Assembly (NCBI GenBank): GCA_002269645.1
Contig: NIVC01000590.1
Span: 60,531 to 124,530 of the forward strand
Reading direction: 5' to 3'
DNA: 64,000 nt
Source: Macrostomum lignano
Taxonomy: Eukaryota
This document shows positions 60,874 through 64,000 of the stretch, one piece after another. The position numbers and the translations under genes were made by a program. Numbering within the stretch: the stretch's first letter is position 1; each line of letters starts with the position of its first letter. The notes beneath the pieces were generated by a model. The model was not told the origin of the DNA and searched no databases. It saw only the letters and a list, made by a program, of their open reading frames with translations.

Positions 60874-62813
60874 TTACGAGTCGTTGAACCAGTTGGTCTT
60901 TTCGAACTTGAATCTAATCCAGGCCGCTAGGATCCTCTGCATCCATTTGCTGATACTATAATAGAAGTGAGGCTGATTTGGCGGGATGATCCCACGAGCG
61001 CCGGGTCTTTGCCATTTTGAGATCGGGATAATCCTTCTCCAATTTTGAGGGCATTCTCCGGTGCGCCAGCTTAGGTTGAACAGGCTCAGAAAGTGCATCT
61101 TCAAAGCCTGAAGAAGCCCCTTGAGAAGCCTCGGATGCACCCTCTCCAGCCCCGCCGCCCTTTTACCGTCCATGAGGTCCAGGGCATCCTCCAGTTCCAC
61201 GAGCGTGATGTCCTGTCCGTCCTCGTTCACCGGCCCCACTGATCTGATCCTTTCGGCCACCTACTTCCGGTACCTGCTCGCTTTTTTCCGGCAGCTTAAA
61301 GCTGCTCACCCTGCTGTACTCCTTCACGAAGGCTTGCGCTTTGCTACGGTTCCTGGCTCTCCTCACGTTGTTGGGAACCAGCACATTGTCCTTACCATTA
61401 ATGCTGGGCTAGCCTTTTAGCTTATTGAGCACCTTCCACATTAGCCTGCTGTCTTTGTGATCTTCAACGTGCTTCTTCCATTCTACCTCTTTGGATTTCC
61501 TCACTTCTTGCATGATCTTCTCGTTGTCTGCGATCCAGTCATCCTCCTCCTCTCCGTCCCTCAGTTTACCTCGCGCTTCCATATCCGCTTTGAGTTCCGC
61601 ATTCTCCACCATCAGGTTCTTAGTAATCCTGGCTACCAGCCCGATTTTTCCCTCGCGGCCTTGAGCACCATCCTCTTTAGCTCTTCCTCCGCTTGCTTCA
61701 GCGGCTTGCCGTCTACCTTTCCATTTGCCGGCTTGGGCCTTCAGCTGTGCCGCGTTCCCTTCAGTCCGCCTTCTTCCAGTTCCAGCTGACCATCTTCTTG
61801 ATCCTGTCTTCTCGGGCTTCGTATCCTGTCTCAAAAGGATAGGTCGGTGGTCCGGCCCAAGCTCCTTCATGGTCGTTCGTTCCTATGCCTCAGCTTCCTC
61901 CAGGTGACAAGAGGGTGGCATCGGGCATCGACTCTCTGCTGCCTCCTCTGCCATCAGTTGTGGTGTCCCCATTATTGAGCGACGCGAACTCTTGGTATCG
62001 ATCCATTCCACAATCATCTCTGCCTCTCTCGTTCGCTTCGATATTGTTGTCCCACCGTTCGTGTTTTGCATTTAGGTCACTGCCTATTTAGGCCAGCGTG
62101 TCATCTCTTCCTTCTTGATGTTGACTCCCGGTTGTAGGTAGACGTTGGCTAAATTGAGCTTGGTTTTGGCCTTCCAGCTGGTGATGGCTTGCATTTCCCA
62201 GCCATCCTTGCCGTTGCAGCAGTACTCGTCGAGCACCTGAAAAGGTCTGTCTTGCCGGATGATTAAGGCCAGGCCCCCGCCTCTCACCTGGCTTGCCATC
62301 ATGCTTCTGCATCTGTCTTGCCTGTGTAGTGTAGCCGATAGTCTGGATTTCTCTGTCCTCTGCCCGAAGCTTCGTCTCCAGCAGCATGGCCACGTCCACC
62401 TCTTATCGTAGGTCGTAGTTCCATTGCAGCACCGTCAAATTCTCCTTGCCCGTCTCCACCTTCTCTTCAACCATGGTGGTGCCCATCTCCTTGGACCTCG
62501 GTAGTGGCCCGGTTCTCTCTTCTTGGCATTCTCTGCAGTGCCATACTCCCGAAACCTTAGTCTGGTCCTGTGCCTTGCGTGAGCCCAGTCCGGAAGACTT
62601 CCGGTGGACCGTTTTATCACAGCGGGAGCAGGCAATTCCCAGGGCGGCTTTCCGATACATCTTGCAAACCGCGAACCAGCCTTTACTGACTATCTTACTC
62701 TTCGTCCTCCATCTTTGGGTCTCCGTAAACTTTTCGGCCGTCCTTGCACCCGTGCGTTCTCGGCATGACCAGCTGCACAGGACTCCATCCTCCATCAACT
62801 GACTCCCGAGCAT
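60874..62813 (-). mobile_element. Decayed APE-type LINE (PHD, endonuclease, start of RT); I-group-like
   Basis: PHD (CKM..IACSRCDKTVH...WHCREC), LTVLQWN, LLETKL, RGGGLALII, NVY, DHRPIL, then ELEDAL...AAG...LFNLSWRTG.CP..W in RT. Multiple frameshifts; truncated at about 60874. Confidence 0.8.
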
Positions 62814-63793
62814 TGTTTATGGCTCAGGCTACCGCAGTCTGCAGGTGATTCTAGGCGCTCTTTTTTATGTAGCCGCTGCACTCTCCACATCTACCGGATT
62901 CAACTTCTGATTCAACTTCTCTGTCCAAATTTGCTCGCCTGCGCCACCGCTTCCAGGTAGGCTCCTTTGCGCTTAACAATCCATTTCTCGCATTCCTCGT
63001 CAAACACTTGAATGTCTTGGATCTTAACCTCGGACATTTTTCCGCATGCCAGCCAGGTGACTCGGCCTTTCCGGTCTCCTTTCTCCTCCTCGGCCTCGCC
63101 AAACCCCGCAACAACGACGAGACTTCGAGTTTGCCCATACAAGCTCCTGATCGCCCGCCTCTACTGCGCTGTCCTTCCTGCTTACCTCTTCCTATTTTTG
63201 GGTTTTTTGGATATCATTGACCTTATGTTCTCTTCTACTGGCAGCAGGCCGGTCCATCCTTCTCTCGCTGCTATGCTTCTTTGGATTTGTAAAACCTGTA
63301 ACTGCTCAACTGCTGCACTTGATATGGAGAAGCTGCCGCAGTAATGGCATGGTGGCCCTCTTTGTTAGTGCGTCTGCTGCAGAGCCACAAAAGGAGCCCA
63401 TTGTACGGTTGTTGTTTTCTGGTATGCCCCCCCCCCCAGTCGTCATTTCCGGGGACCGCAGCATAACGTGCCGTAGGATGGAGATGTGGGGCTGTGCTGC
63501 TGCTGCTGCTGTCATTGATATTGTTGTTATTGACGACCCACTGGGTCTCCTGGTTGTTTGACCTTCCAAAGCTAACTGGCTGCAAATGCTATGTATGAAT
63601 TGTATCGGATTTTACTGTATTTAACTTGATTTCTACTCGAATGGAAAGATTTGTGTGTGAGGTTACGAATAAATTGAATCGTGCATGTAAAACCATTAAA
63701 TTCTCGAATATTACTTACTAAGGTGAACAAAACTTATTCACCAGAAATAAGCACTGTAAAAAATATTCAAACCTGCATCACTTTCCAATTTAG

Positions 63794-64000
63794 AAAACGA
63801 CAAACAGCTGTTGTTCACTATTGTTCCGAACGTGCACTTGGAGGCTCTGGAGACATTCAAACATCAACAAAAACTACAAAATGCCTGCCGATGGGTCTCT
63901 GCCTCCGGTCTACAGATCCGATCTCATCGACGAGCTGCCTCGAGCTGTGAGACAGTCGGGAATGACCAAGATGGTCGTCGAGATGCGCAAAGACAATAAA
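63794..64000 (+). CDS. Gene 2, next domain exon (B-type body, C-slot acceptor), +1 A at 63869-63873; runs off the window
   Basis: Acceptor AATTTAG|AA as at 7631. CAACAAAAACTAC has 5 A where other copies have 4. Confidence 0.75.

Noticed and set aside
63200-63270. Degenerate 2A-like string on the minus strand (REGWTGLLPVEENIRS)
   Set aside because: Lacks the D and the NPGP; similarity is too weak.

Overview
Eukaryotic (invertebrate metazoan) DNA, judged from GT-AG introns, TTAGGG repeats and Penelope, Gypsy and Helitron elements. The sequence style resembles a free-living flatworm such as Macrostomum, but I cannot verify this. Both ends of the window hold tandem paralogs, about 51.5 kb apart, of a + strand gene built from symmetric phase-1 exons of 606-624 nt. 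Each exon encodes one copy of an unnamed ~200-aa, 2-Cys domain. Gene 1 (3' part) spans 1-11146 and ends in a stop; gene 2 spans 49330 to beyond the window end. Equivalent exons are homogenised within each gene, while introns track position. Between the genes lies a nested transposon stack. An old minus-strand Helitron-like copy was hit by a 5'-truncated Penelope-like element (inverted pLTRs, 12-bp TSD, hammerhead ribozyme). One pLTR was then split at an A^T site by a 22.75-kb head-to-tail array of 7 non-autonomous Helitrons carrying 23-bp and 18-bp minisatellites and a tRNA-like segment. One of those units holds an intact 4.4-kb Gypsy with identical LTRs. Also present: a decayed Gypsy, PHD/APE LINE remnants (one with a 2A-like motif), MITEs, small Helitrons, a THAP remnant and several minisatellites. 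All alignments were done by eye.
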